Below, piece by piece: positions 29,437-41,207 of a DNA stretch of 64,000 nucleotides; position 1 is the first letter of the stretch; each line of letters begins with the position of its first letter. Source of the DNA: Spirochaetia bacterium (GTDB lineage: Bacteria; Spirochaetota; Spirochaetia; UBA9216); the NCBI GenBank assembly GCA_965140585.1, contig OZ223264.1, positions 160,001-224,000 on the forward strand, read 5' to 3'. The position numbers and the translations under genes are program-made. The notes beneath the pieces are model-generated. The model searched no databases. It saw only the letters and a list, made by a program, of their open reading frames with translations, and was not told the DNA's origin.

Positions 29437-31122
29437 ATGTCTGATATGGAAAAAAAGAGTCCGTCGAATTTTATTCGCGATATTATAGACAGCGATCTTG
29501 CGTCCGGAAAACGCAGCAGTGTGGTTACCAGATTCCCTCCGGAGCCCAACGGTTACCTGCATATAGGACACGCAAAATCAATATGCCTCAACTTCGGTAT
29601 AGCCAGGGATTATAAGGGAAAGTGCAACCTCCGCTTTGACGACACCAATCCGGCCAAGGAAGAGCAGGAGTATATCGACTCAATCCAGGAAGACGTTAAA
29701 TGGCTTGGTTTTGAATGGGGGTCTGAGGCTCTGTATGCTTCTGACTATTTTGATCAGATGTATGAATGGGCTAAGCTTCTCATTAAAGAAGGCAAGGCCT
29801 ATGTTGACGATCTTACAGCAGAGGAGATTAGAGAACACCGCGGAACTCTTAAGGAACCGGGAAAGGAAAGTCCTTACCGCAACAGAACTCCTGAAGAAAA
29901 TCTTGAACTTTTTGAAAAGATGAAGGACGGGGAATTTCCAGACGGTTCAAAAACCCTTAGAGCAAAGGTTGATATGACTTCGCCCAACCTCAATATGCGC
30001 GATCCGGTAATGTACAGAATAGTCCGCGCCCCTCATCCGCGTCAGGGTGATAAATGGTGTATCTACCCCATGTATGACTGGGCGCACGGCCTTGAAGATT
30101 CTCTTGAAGAAATCACACACTCAATCTGTACTCTCGAATTTGAGGATCACCGTCCGCTTTATGACTGGTTTATCGACCAGATTCCGGGAATTCACCATCC
30201 CCAGCAGATTGAGTTTGCAAGGCTTAATCTTAACTACACGGTTATGAGCAAAAGAAAGCTCCTCCAGCTGGTAAAGGAAAATCACGTTAACGGATGGGAT
30301 GATCCGCGTATGCCGACAATCAGCGGTTTCAGGCGCAGGGGATATACTCCAGAGTCAATCAGGGATTTTGCGAACCGTATCGGTGTAGCAAAGGCCGACA
30401 GCACTGTTGACTTTGCCCTGCTTGAGCACTGTCTGAGGGAAGACCTGAACATGCGATCGCTGAGACGTATGGCTGTTCTCAAGCCTCTAAAACTTGTAAT
30501 TGAAAACTATCCCGAAGATCAGGTTGAATGGTTCGAAGGTGAGAATAACCCTGAAGACGAAAACTCCGGAACACGGAAGATTCCTTTCTCTAAAGTCCTC
30601 TATATCGAACAGGATGATTTCATGGAGGAAGCTCCGAATAAAAAATATTTCAGGCTTGCTCCCGGTAAAGAGGTTCGTTTAAAGCACGCTTACTATGTTA
30701 CATGTACCGGATATGAAAAAGACCCTGCAACCGGCGAAATTACAAAAGTCCGATGTACCTATGATCCCGACTCAAGGGGCGGCTGGACTGATGATGGACG
30801 CAAGGTTAAGGGAACAAGCCACTGGGTTTCCGCTTCACATGCGGTAAAGGCTGAGGTTCGGCTGTATTCACACCTTTTCAATGCTGAGAACCCAGGCTCT
30901 GAAACCGGAAACTTTCTTGATGACATAGATCATAACTCACTTGAAATCCTCACCGACTGTATGATTGAGCCTTCGCTTGCAGAAGAAAAGGCTTATTCCA
31001 ACCTGCAGTTTCTGAGGCAGGGTTACTTCTGCGTCGATCCTGATTCAACCCCTGAAAAACCGGTATTCAATAGAACAACAGGCCTCAGGGATACCTGGGC
31101 AAAGATTCAGAAAAACGGTTAG
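29437..31122 (+). CDS. glnS: Glutaminyl-tRNA synthetase
   Basis: Motifs [24 protein letters not shown] and QFLRQGYF. Confidence 0.97.
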   Translation: MSDMEKKSPSNFIRDIIDSDLASGKRSSVVTRFPPEPNGYLHIGHAKSICLNFGIARDYKGKCNLRFDDTNPAKEEQEYIDSIQEDVKWLGFEWGSEALYASDYFDQMYEWAKLLIKEGKAYVDDLTAEEIREHRGTLKEPGKESPYRNRTPEENLELFEKMKDGEFPDGSKTLRAKVDMTSPNLNMRDPVMYRIVRAPHPRQGDKWCIYPMYDWAHGLEDSLEEITHSICTLEFEDHRPLYDWFIDQIPGIHHPQQIEFARLNLNYTVMSKRKLLQLVKENHVNGWDDPRMPTISGFRRRGYTPESIRDFANRIGVAKADSTVDFALLEHCLREDLNMRSLRRMAVLKPLKLVIENYPEDQVEWFEGENNPEDENSGTRKIPFSKVLYIEQDDFMEEAPNKKYFRLAPGKEVRLKHAYYVTCTGYEKDPATGEITKVRCTYDPDSRGGWTDDGRKVKGTSHWVSASHAVKAEVRLYSHLFNAENPGSETGNFLDDIDHNSLEILTDCMIEPSLAEEKAYSNLQFLRQGYFCVDPDSTPEKPVFNRTTGLRDTWAKIQKNG

Positions 31123-31136
31123 AGCATAATTTATTT

Positions 31137-31769
31137 ATGAGCAGTTTGTTTGCCTCATTTGATCTGTCTGCCGCCGACTGGGGCTTCGCAATGCTGGCTG
31201 CAGTTTTTATCGGCGCAAACAGATCCGGTGTCGTCAGCATTATACTGCTTACAGTTCCGATCTTCGCCTATATATTCGGCGGACGTGATTCTGTAGGCAT
31301 AATTCTGCCGGTTCTGATCATTGCTGATATTACAGCAGTAATTTCCTACCGCCGATCGGTAAGATGGAAGGAACTAATTGGAATACTGCCCTGGGCCCTG
31401 TGCGGAGTTCTTTTTGCTGTATTTATCGGCTCAAAGATTTCTGATGCAAATTTTAAAATTTTCATTGCAGCCGCAGTAATTATTGTTCTCATTTTTCTCA
31501 CAGTAAAAGAAGTCGGCGGAAAAGAAATAAAACTAAAAAGCAGATGGTATATCAATGCGGGAATAGGTATTCTCGGCGGATTTACCTCCATGATTGGAAA
31601 CGCTTCCGGACCAATCCTTGCTGTTTATTTTATTTCGCTTGATCTCGAAAAAAAGGAATTTGTTTCCACCAAAGCCTGGTTTTTCTTTATTATCAACCTT
31701 CTCAAGCTTCCATTTCATATTTTTGTTCTGGCAGCTACCTTTATAGCTGCAGTATTTATGCTGCTGTAA
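31137..31769 (+). CDS. TauE/SafE sulfite exporter family protein (short)
   Basis: SVGIILP.LI.AD and GGFTSMIGNASGP motifs. Confidence 0.8.
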   Translation: MSSLFASFDLSAADWGFAMLAAVFIGANRSGVVSIILLTVPIFAYIFGGRDSVGIILPVLIIADITAVISYRRSVRWKELIGILPWALCGVLFAVFIGSKISDANFKIFIAAAVIIVLIFLTVKEVGGKEIKLKSRWYINAGIGILGGFTSMIGNASGPILAVYFISLDLEKKEFVSTKAWFFFIINLLKLPFHIFVLAATFIAAVFMLL

Positions 31770-31812
31770 ATACGGCGTTGACAGAAGTGCCTCAATAGAC
31801 CAACATAGCAGC

Positions 31813-33915
31813 ATGGATTATCTTTCCGGACTCAACAGACAGCAGCTAGAGGCTGTAACATATGATGGACAGAGCCTTCTGATACTTGCAGGGGCGGGCT
31901 CCGGAAAAACCAGGGTAATTACCTCGCGTATTGCCTGGCTCATTGCGCAGCAGGGGATAAATCCTCGTTCAATACTTGCAGTAACCTTTACTAATAAGGC
32001 TGCCGGAGAAATGCGTGAGAGGGTGGAGCATATGGTTCCTGGTGCTTCATCAGTAATGATAAGGACCTTCCATTCCTTCGGCGCCTGGTTTATGAGAAAT
32101 AACTCCCACTTCACGCCCGATCTGAAATCCTCCTTTTCAATTTATGATGATGATGATGCCCTGAGTCTTCTGCAGTCGATATTTCCCGAAAGTCAAAAGA
32201 AAAAGCTTCAGCCCTATGCGGGCTGGATAAGCCGTGCACGCGACTACTGCCTGACTCCGGCTGATGATCTTAGTGAAATTACACATACAAGCGATTTTCC
32301 CTCCGTATACGCAGCATACGATGAAAAGCTGCGCAAGATAGGGAACCTCGATTTCGGTTCGCTTATAACAAGACCGGTTGAACTGCTTGAATCCAACACC
32401 GAAGTCCTGGAGCGGACAAGGCAGCGTTTTCGCATTATCCTTGTCGATGAGTATCAGGACAGCAACGTCGCCCAGTACCGCCTTCTGAAGATGCTTGCCG
32501 GCGACAGCAATTCTGTCTGTGTTGTAGGGGACGATGACCAGTCCATTTACAAATTCCGCGGGGCTGAGGTCAGAAACATATTGTCCTTTCCTGAGGAGTT
32601 TGAGGGAACAAAGATAATCCGCCTTGAACAGAACTACCGCTCAACAAACCCGATACTCGAGATCGCTTCGGGTGTTGTTGAAAATAATTCAAACCGTCTG
32701 GGAAAGAAGCTCTGGACTGAAAAGACCGAGGGGCAGCCGGCTAAGATTGTCTATCTTGAAAGGGATACCGATGAGGCCGAATTCTGTGCATCGCTTCTTG
32801 CTGACGGCAACTATAAAAACACTGCCATCCTTTACCGTACCAATGCACAGTCCAGAAGTTTTGAGACTTGTTTTATCCGTGCAGGTATTCCCTACAGGAT
32901 AGTCGGAGCACTTCGATTCCTCGAACGCGAAGAAATCAAGGATGTCATGGCCATTTTATCGCTTATAGTCAATCCCGCGGATGAGGTAGCTTTTAACCGG
33001 GTTGTAAACAAGCCTGCAAGGGGTATCGGAAAGACCGGCCTCAGAAAAATAATTGATTATGCCGTGGCAGAAGGAATTGATTTGATCTGCGCCCTGAAAG
33101 AGGTCAAAGGTCTTTCCGCCAAAGCCTGCACAGGCGCTGAAAAGTTTGCAGGCTACATAGAAAATATGCGGAAATCACTGGCGGTTAAGCCGCTTGGTGA
33201 GTTTGTTGCTGAAGTAATTGAAGAATCAGGGCTTTTAGCTCATTACACTTCAAAGGATGAGATAGCTGCAAAGGGTCGGGCTGATAACCTCAATGAAATG
33301 ATTTCGGCAGCCGGTATTTACGGTGAGGGTGAGGAAGCGTTGTCGCTTTTTCTTGAAGAACTTGAGCTCGATCGAAGTACTCTGCCCGGAATGGATGACG
33401 GTGATGACGAAAATGCTGTTACCCTGATTACCATGCACAATACAAAGGGTCTTGAGTTCGACCGTGTAATTATTACCGGAATGGAGGAGGGTCTGTTTCC
33501 TTCCGGACGGGAAGAGACCGGAGAAGAGCTTGAAGAAGAGCGCCGGATATTCTATGTAAGTATAACCCGTGCAAGGGATGAGCTGTACTTTACGTCCTGC
33601 AGAAGCCGTATGATCTGGGGCCAGTTCCGGCAGCAGGCACCATCAATCTTCCTTCATGAAATATCCCGCGACCATGCTGAAGTTGTTGATATGGTTTCAA
33701 AGCCGGGGAAGACTTCAGCAGAAGCTGAAAATCCGGCATACAGAAACGGCCGAAGGGTGTATCATGACGATTACGGTAATGGTTTTATTATAAAAAGCGG
33801 CAGTGCCGGCGGTCATGATTATGTTATGATTAAATTTGAAACCGGAAAAACCGGCAGATTTCTGCCTGATCTTGATCCGCATCTGGAGTTTTTGGAAAAT
33901 GATGAATGGTTCTGA
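31813..33915 (+). CDS. pcrA: ATP-dependent DNA helicase UvrD/PcrA
   Basis: Motifs LAGAGSGKT, VDEYQD, VGDDDQSIY, NYRS, TMHNTKGLEF and EERR..YV..TRA. Confidence 0.93.
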   Translation: MDYLSGLNRQQLEAVTYDGQSLLILAGAGSGKTRVITSRIAWLIAQQGINPRSILAVTFTNKAAGEMRERVEHMVPGASSVMIRTFHSFGAWFMRNNSHFTPDLKSSFSIYDDDDALSLLQSIFPESQKKKLQPYAGWISRARDYCLTPADDLSEITHTSDFPSVYAAYDEKLRKIGNLDFGSLITRPVELLESNTEVLERTRQRFRIILVDEYQDSNVAQYRLLKMLAGDSNSVCVVGDDDQSIYKFRGAEVRNILSFPEEFEGTKIIRLEQNYRSTNPILEIASGVVENNSNRLGKKLWTEKTEGQPAKIVYLERDTDEAEFCASLLADGNYKNTAILYRTNAQSRSFETCFIRAGIPYRIVGALRFLEREEIKDVMAILSLIVNPADEVAFNRVVNKPARGIGKTGLRKIIDYAVAEGIDLICALKEVKGLSAKACTGAEKFAGYIENMRKSLAVKPLGEFVAEVIEESGLLAHYTSKDEIAAKGRADNLNEMISAAGIYGEGEEALSLFLEELELDRSTLPGMDDGDDENAVTLITMHNTKGLEFDRVIITGMEEGLFPSGREETGEELEEERRIFYVSITRARDELYFTSCRSRMIWGQFRQQAPSIFLHEISRDHAEVVDMVSKPGKTSAEAENPAYRNGRRVYHDDYGNGFIIKSGSAGGHDYVMIKFETGKTGRFLPDLDPHLEFLENDEWF

Positions 33916-34618
33916 ATCACTGTACAGTGAGTTGCCAATTGTAAAGCGTACCCGTGACTATCATGTATATGATAACAGGGGCTTCAGATATTTTGATATG
34001 TGGCTTGATTCCGGTCGGGCGCTAATGGGGCACAAAACACCCAATTCCACAAAGAATATGAAAAACCTGCTTGAGCAGGGGCTTGCTGCCGCATACCCCT
34101 CTGTTCACACAGCCAGGCTTGAGAAGGCTGTAAAGAATCTTTATCCCGGAATCAGGGAAATAGCAGCCGGGTACTTTCCTCCGCCTTCAGAGCTCCCGCT
34201 TGTCAGACCATTCGAGCAGGCAGCAACTGCTGGATCTTTTGAAATTCTTGTTCCGCTTCCTGCTGCTGCCGGTATCAGACTTGCCGCATCATATGAAGAG
34301 CTTCCTTCCGGGATAGGAAACGGAGCTGTTCCGGCCTTCCTTGCCGGTTCCATGGCAAGAAGCTTCTATGATCTGGCTGCTTTTTCTTCGCGAATCAATC
34401 AGGAAGTCTGGCAGGCCTTTGACTGCGGACTCTGGAAAAGAAGGGGCCCCTGGCTGTATCCTGCAGTAAGAGAAGAGGTTTACCCGGATCTTTTCAGAGC
34501 CATGCTGAAAAGAGGGATAATAATTTCTCCATATTACAATATTCCGTCATGTGCTCCGGTAAACTTTACAGACGGAGAAATTAAGCCGATAAAAGAAATT
34601 GTAAAGGATTTTACCTGA
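33899..34618 (+). CDS. Hypothetical protein with a shortened PLP-aminotransferase (class III-like) N-terminus
   Basis: KRTRDYHVYDNRGFRYFDMW..G...GH resembles the class III aminotransferase N-terminus. Confidence 0.55.
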   Translation: MMNGSESLYSELPIVKRTRDYHVYDNRGFRYFDMWLDSGRALMGHKTPNSTKNMKNLLEQGLAAAYPSVHTARLEKAVKNLYPGIREIAAGYFPPPSELPLVRPFEQAATAGSFEILVPLPAAAGIRLAASYEELPSGIGNGAVPAFLAGSMARSFYDLAAFSSRINQEVWQAFDCGLWKRRGPWLYPAVREEVYPDLFRAMLKRGIIISPYYNIPSCAPVNFTDGEIKPIKEIVKDFT

Positions 34619-34920
34619 TGACAACCGACAGTTTAGTTTTTATAATCAGCCGCCTTGTTTTCGGTGCAGGTTCAGCATTTTTTGCCATAATGCTATGGTC
34701 AAGAACCCGCGAATCTGCCTGGATGTTCATTGTTGTCGGTACAATTTTTAGATACGGACAGATCATTTACGATACCTTCAGTATATTCGGTGTGGTCAGG
34801 ACAGATGTAGAACTTATTCCGGGATATCTGAAGATAGAGACACTTTTAGAGAACCTTCCCTATATCTTTTTCATTGTAGCTTTCATTATCATGATTCGGC
34901 GGACATTTCGTCGATGGTGA
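34618..34920 (+). CDS. Small membrane protein
   Basis: Three hydrophobic segments; TGATG-coupled to the upstream gene. Confidence 0.7.
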   Translation: MTTDSLVFIISRLVFGAGSAFFAIMLWSRTRESAWMFIVVGTIFRYGQIIYDTFSIFGVVRTDVELIPGYLKIETLLENLPYIFFIVAFIIMIRRTFRRW

Positions 34921-35092
34921 TGGCTTCGGCAGGACAGTCTTCCGCGGCTTCAGCCGCCCTTTCAAGCAGTTCCTTCGTCAGTGGTGTTTTTTTAAGTTCT
35001 GCCGTGAACTCTCCTGTTGAAAACAGTTCAGGTACATTTTCTTCACAGAGTCCGCATCCTATGCACAGATTTTTATCAATTTTTACGTTCAT
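34889..35092 (-). CDS. Single-cluster ferredoxin
   Basis: CIGCGLC...CP motif. Confidence 0.9.
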   Translation of the reverse strand: MNVKIDKNLCIGCGLCEENVPELFSTGEFTAELKKTPLTKELLERAAEAAEDCPAEAITIDEMSAES

Positions 35093-35218
35093 ACAGTTCC
35101 CCGTAAAAAGAAAATAACAGTATTATTTCCCAAAGGCAAACATTATAGAGACAGCTCGGAATTCCTATTGCGGAATGCTCTGTATTTGGATATTGTAAAT
35201 GGAAAACGGAGGAAGACC

Positions 35219-35449
35219 ATGAAAGCTCTGATTATCGGAATAGTACTATCTCTCTTTGCTGTATTTGCAGCTATCCCTTCCCCGGGCCTGGGGTGGTGGG
35301 AGGAGCTTCTGTATGTACTCAGAGGTCTTGTGCCCGTTATTGCCTTATTTATAGGTGTAATTGCCGTTTTTGTCGGTATTACAGACCTTATGGATAGTAG
35401 GGAAGCAAAGAAGGATGCAGAGGCTGAAGCTGATTCAAAAAAAGACTGA
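35219..35449 (+). CDS. Small membrane protein
   Basis: RBS GGAGG with ATG at 35219; two TM segments. Confidence 0.7.
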   Translation: MKALIIGIVLSLFAVFAAIPSPGLGWWEELLYVLRGLVPVIALFIGVIAVFVGITDLMDSREAKKDAEAEADSKKD

Positions 35450-35584
35450 ATTCCTTGTGTAATAAGTAATTAATTTTCCCCCGGCAGTTCTGTCCCTTGA
35501 CAATATCATCTAAATATGGAATTATTCGAGTCACCCGTTACGATTTTTAGAAGTTTACAAACTAATTGAATTAAAGGCAGACTG

Positions 35585-36010
35585 ATGGATACAATATATG
35601 TAAAACCAAAAGATGTTGACCGAAAATGGTGGATTATCGACGCCGAAGGCAAAAGGCTCGGTAGAGTCGCTGTTAAGGCTGTTGAACTGCTCAGAGGAAA
35701 ACATAAACCGGAATTTGTTCCCTACCATGAACTTGGGGATTACGTGATAATCATTAATGCAGACAAGATTGAAGTAAGCGGAAACAAGGCAAACAATAAG
35801 CTTTATTACCGTCACACCGGCTTCCCCGGCGGAATCAGGGTTGAAAATTTCAGCAATATGATTGCAAAGAAACCGACTTTCCCTATTGAAGCCGCCGTTA
35901 AGGGTATGCTTCCGAAGGGTCCTATGGGCAGAAAACTTTTCAAGAATATGAAAGTTTATGCAGGATCAGAACATCCGCATGCGGCTCAGAAGCCCGTGGT
36001 TATTGAATAA
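35585..36010 (+). CDS. rplM: 50S ribosomal protein L13
   Basis: WWIIDAEGKRLGR, HTGFPGG and HPHAAQKP. Confidence 0.98.
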   Translation: MDTIYVKPKDVDRKWWIIDAEGKRLGRVAVKAVELLRGKHKPEFVPYHELGDYVIIINADKIEVSGNKANNKLYYRHTGFPGGIRVENFSNMIAKKPTFPIEAAVKGMLPKGPMGRKLFKNMKVYAGSEHPHAAQKPVVIE

Positions 36011-36025
36011 GACAGGAGTTGAATA

Positions 36026-36418
36026 GTGGCAGAAAATCTTGCTTTAGGTACAGGTAGAAGAAAGACTTCAGTTGCCAGAGTTTATCTCAGAAGCGGCAGC
36101 GGAAAAATAACTGTAAACGGTAAGGATGTTGAAACCTATTTTTCAAATCCTATCAATGTATTTATAGTAAAACAGCCCCTCGATGTTACTGATAGTCTTA
36201 CAAAGTATGATATAGTAATAACAGTAAGAGGCGGCGGAGTAACCGGACAGGCCGGTGCATGCAGACACGGACTTGCAAGAGCCCTTCAGTCTGTAGATGC
36301 TTCAAACACATCAGCACTCAAGGCAAACGGATTCCTTACTCGAGACCCGAGAATGGTAGAAAGAAAGAAATATGGCCAGAGAGGCGCAAGAAGAAAATTT
36401 CAGTTCTCAAAGCGTTAA
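36026..36418 (+). CDS. rpsI: 30S ribosomal protein S9
   Basis: [12 protein letters not shown] and terminal QFSKR. Confidence 0.98.
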   Translation: MAENLALGTGRRKTSVARVYLRSGSGKITVNGKDVETYFSNPINVFIVKQPLDVTDSLTKYDIVITVRGGGVTGQAGACRHGLARALQSVDASNTSALKANGFLTRDPRMVERKKYGQRGARRKFQFSKR

Positions 36419-37040
36419 ACTCACTGTTTCGAGTATCGAGAGAGGAGCTATCGGAAAAGCCGCACAAGTCGGCTTTTCCGACGGCTCCTCTTTTTTTATT
36501 CATCCCGGAGTTATAAAGCATTTCGGCTTAACCTGCGGGGATAGCCTGAGCACGGCCGAGATTGAGGAATTAAAAGCATATTCGGAAAAGCTGAGAGCAA
36601 AGCAGAAAGCACTTGAGTTCCTTGCCAGAAGAGAACACAGTACTGCGGAATTAATTCTGAAGCTGAGGCAGAAGGGTTTTGACCAGCAGACGGCAAGGGT
36701 TGCAGTGTCGGAGCTTGAGGCTGAAGGTTCAGCCGATGACAGGCGTTTTGCTCATGCCTGGATTGAATCGAGGCTTCAAAGACATCCTGAAGGTCTGGGT
36801 AGTCTGATTGGCGGGTTGGTTTCTAAAGGGGTTGTACGGGATCTTGCAGAAGAGGTTGCGGGTATATATTACTCTGAAGAGTCGGCTGCCGGGGCTCTGG
36901 GCAGGGCGGCGGAGAAGTACCTCAGACGCAGCGGTGTGACCCGGGAGAACCTGATAACTCATCTGGGCCGCAGAGGTTTTACCTATCGTGAGATTAAAAA
37001 ATATATAGAGGATTCAGGCATACAATGGACAGAAAGCTGA
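36372..37040 (+). CDS. recX: Regulatory protein RecX
   Basis: AL..LARREHS..EL..KL..KGF, DDRRFA and L.RRGF. Confidence 0.85.
   Translation: MAREAQEENFSSQSVKLTVSSIERGAIGKAAQVGFSDGSSFFIHPGVIKHFGLTCGDSLSTAEIEELKAYSEKLRAKQKALEFLARREHSTAELILKLRQKGFDQQTARVAVSELEAEGSADDRRFAHAWIESRLQRHPEGLGSLIGGLVSKGVVRDLAEEVAGIYYSEESAAGALGRAAEKYLRRSGVTRENLITHLGRRGFTYREIKKYIEDSGIQWTES
36441..36497 (+). terminator. rplM-rpsI terminator lying inside the recX reading frame
   Basis: AGAGGAGC-TA-TCGGAAAAGCCG-CACAAGT-CGGCTTTTCCGA-CG-GCTCCTCT followed by a T tract. Confidence 0.8.
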
Positions 37041-37312
37041 GAGCATACAGACTCAATATAAGCGGCAGGGTGCAGGGTGTTGGATTCAGATACTCTGCAC
37101 AACGGGAGGCTATACGGCTGGGGCTGACCGGCTGGGTCCGAAATGATCCTGACGGTACTGTGAGTCTGTACTGTGAAGGTCCTGCTGAGAAGACGGCCGT
37201 CTTTCTTAAATGGCTGGAGAAAGGCGGACCTTCAATGTCGCATATTACCAATATTACTAAAATCAGTAAAACGCCTATAGAAACCTACCTTAGATTCACT
37301 ATTGATTATTGA
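37025..37312 (+). CDS. acyP: Acylphosphatase
   Basis: SGRVQGVGFR and GWVRN..DGTV. Confidence 0.95.
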   Translation: MDRKLRAYRLNISGRVQGVGFRYSAQREAIRLGLTGWVRNDPDGTVSLYCEGPAEKTAVFLKWLEKGGPSMSHITNITKISKTPIETYLRFTIDY

Positions 37313-37433
37313 AACCATATTTTCATTCTATTTTGTTATTTAATTATGAGTAAAAAAGTCACCTGATAATTTGTATTCACCCCATTCAATTCCTAAAATA
37401 TAGGTAGATATAATTATAAGGAGATCTTTTTTA

Positions 37434-39644
37434 ATGAGTAAAAGATCGGTAAAACAGAATATTATTGTACTATCTATAGTCCTGCCATTGCTTGTTACGG
37501 GCATCTTTTCAGTTTTTATGTATATTATTCAGGCCAACAGTTTCGGCGATAAAGAAAAAGAGCTGCTCCTTGCTGAAGGAATATCATCTGCTATGGAAGT
37601 AAAGTCCGAGATGATCAAAAGTTTTGAACTTCTGCGGAATCTGGCTGCAGACCCTGAGACGGCTGAGGTTCTTAAACGGCTGGATCAGGTTCCTGATGGT
37701 CTTGATAATGACGATTTTATCGGGCTTGAAGGTGCGGCAGAACTCAGTAAGCGTATGGGCTTTGTGATCAAGGGAACCGATATTGATCTGGTGTTCGCTT
37801 CAGGAACCAGGAGTACAGGAATCCTGCTCGGGCGTGATGTTCAGATAGGTGAAGGCTTTGATGTCAGAAAACGGGACTACTTTGAGGGGGCGCTTGCCTA
37901 TCCGGGTGAATCGTTTATCAGTCAGCCCAGGGTTTCGGCTGAACAGGGTGCTGCTCCAAAGATTGTAATAACAGTTGCCCTGGGAGTGAACGATGAATCA
38001 GGAAACGCGGCAGGGATTCTTGCGCTTAATTATCAGCTGGATCCCATTATAAGGATACTTAAAAATGTGATGGAATCAACCGGTAAGACTATCGGTATCT
38101 ACGATAGAGTCGGAGGCTTCTTTATATGGAATCCGAACGGTGAGGAAGAATACTTTTTTGATCCTGAAAATATGCTTACACTGGAATCCATCGCAGTGGT
38201 TCTCGGCTTTAAAGACGCTGCCGCTGCCGAATTTGTTAATCATGTTACAACCGATTTCAGTTATTTTTTTCAGGGAACGACGCCTTTCGGAAAAGCATTG
38301 ATTAATTCATTTCAGATTCCGGGAACCAGATGGGGGCTGTTTGTATCAACTCCGATCAGTGAAATTACAAAAATTGTAACCGGTTCGGTTCTTCCGCCTA
38401 TTCTTGCCTTTATAGCAGGTCTGCTGTTATTGCAGATTATCGTTTATATTATATACTCACGACTGATGATTAAGCCGCTTATACAGATGGGCAGCAATCT
38501 TGCCAATCTTGCAGCAGCTGATGCAGATCTTACTGTTGAAATGCCTGTTCTTACGAAGGATGAAATAGGGGGTATGGCGAAGAACTTCAACGAATTTGTT
38601 CTTAAACTATGTACCCTGATGAATGATCTAAAGGAAGTTATAGGAAATACCTTCCTGATTAAGCAGAATGTAGTCGCTTCCGCGGAAGAAACCTCTACCG
38701 CTATCGAAGAGATCAGTACGAATCTTGAATCGATAAGCGGGCAGATAGATATTCTTGATAATAATATCAATGAGACTGTTGCGGCTATCGAGCAGGTTAC
38801 CAGAAATATATCATCAGTGGATGAGCAGATAATCAGTCAGTCTTCAATGGTGGAACAGTCTACGGCAGCCATTACCCAGATGATGGCTTCTCTTGGCAGT
38901 GTTAATCATGTTGCCCAGAATAAAAGACAGACTACCGTTGCCCTGGCTGCAGTGGCATCGGATGGAAGAGCGAAAATTGAAGAGACTGCTTCGGCATTTA
39001 AAAGTGTAGTTGAGCATATCAATCAAATTCAGGAGATGGCTTCCACTATCAACGGGATTGCTGCCCAGACCAATCTGCTTTCAATGAATGCTGCCATAGA
39101 GGCTGCACATGCCGGAGATTCCGGAAAGGGTTTTGCAGTAGTTGCAGAGGAAATCAGGAAGCTTGCTGATTCGGCCGGAAATTCTGCGAAAGCTATTTCG
39201 AAGAGTATCAAGGATATAACAAGTTCAGTGCTTGAGACAGATAAAAATGTTGCTGAAACAACCCAGGCCTTTGACAGAATATCTGCAGAAGTTGATGATA
39301 CTGTAAATGCTTTCTCCGAAATAGAACAGTCGGTGAATGAGCTCAACATCGGCGGTCAGCAGATTCTTGAATCAACAAATCAGATTAACGAAGTTACTCT
39401 GTCCATCAGAAGCGGATCCGCTGAAATAAAATCCGGAACTTCGCTGATGCAGAATAGTTCAATGCAGATAAAGGAAGTCTCGTCCAGGGTTTCAACCGGA
39501 ATGGCAGAATCAAACACAGGAGCGCGTGAGATTGTCAGGGCAATGCAGCAGATGGTGGATTTCTCACAGGAGCTGGGTAATATAGTTGAAGAACTGAAAG
39601 ATAATTTCGGACAGTTTAAAACTGATAAGACTGATGAAACCTAA
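37434..39644 (+). CDS. Methyl-accepting chemotaxis protein (Cache-HAMP-MA)
   Basis: Two TM segments, HAMP (DEIG.MA..FN.F) and [32 protein letters not shown]. Confidence 0.95.
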   Translation: MSKRSVKQNIIVLSIVLPLLVTGIFSVFMYIIQANSFGDKEKELLLAEGISSAMEVKSEMIKSFELLRNLAADPETAEVLKRLDQVPDGLDNDDFIGLEGAAELSKRMGFVIKGTDIDLVFASGTRSTGILLGRDVQIGEGFDVRKRDYFEGALAYPGESFISQPRVSAEQGAAPKIVITVALGVNDESGNAAGILALNYQLDPIIRILKNVMESTGKTIGIYDRVGGFFIWNPNGEEEYFFDPENMLTLESIAVVLGFKDAAAAEFVNHVTTDFSYFFQGTTPFGKALINSFQIPGTRWGLFVSTPISEITKIVTGSVLPPILAFIAGLLLLQIIVYIIYSRLMIKPLIQMGSNLANLAAADADLTVEMPVLTKDEIGGMAKNFNEFVLKLCTLMNDLKEVIGNTFLIKQNVVASAEETSTAIEEISTNLESISGQIDILDNNINETVAAIEQVTRNISSVDEQIISQSSMVEQSTAAITQMMASLGSVNHVAQNKRQTTVALAAVASDGRAKIEETASAFKSVVEHINQIQEMASTINGIAAQTNLLSMNAAIEAAHAGDSGKGFAVVAEEIRKLADSAGNSAKAISKSIKDITSSVLETDKNVAETTQAFDRISAEVDDTVNAFSEIEQSVNELNIGGQQILESTNQINEVTLSIRSGSAEIKSGTSLMQNSSMQIKEVSSRVSTGMAESNTGAREIVRAMQQMVDFSQELGNIVEELKDNFGQFKTDKTDET

Positions 39645-39668
39645 ATAGGTTCTTATTCGGTATATAAT

Positions 39669-39704
39669 AAAAAAGCCGCTATCCGTGAAGGACGCGGCTT
39701 TTTT
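39669..39704. terminator. Bidirectional terminator between mcp and eno
   Basis: AAAAAAGCCGC...GCGGCTTTTTTT. Confidence 0.75.
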
Positions 39705-39761
39705 TGTTGTGGATTTTTTGATTCATCAAAAAATCCTAAAACAAAACTAAGTTTTGTTTAA

Positions 39762-41060
<1,299 letters not shown>

Positions 41061-41207
41061 TCACTCCTTAAAAAATATTCCTTGGTTCATTTATATTGTA
41101 AGGATCCTGATAATCAGGACAAATGTCAAGCTTTGAGCCTGTTCTTTATACACTTCATGAGAAAATTGCTGTATTTCCGCTGATTTTATATTAGAATTAA
41201 TAAAGCT

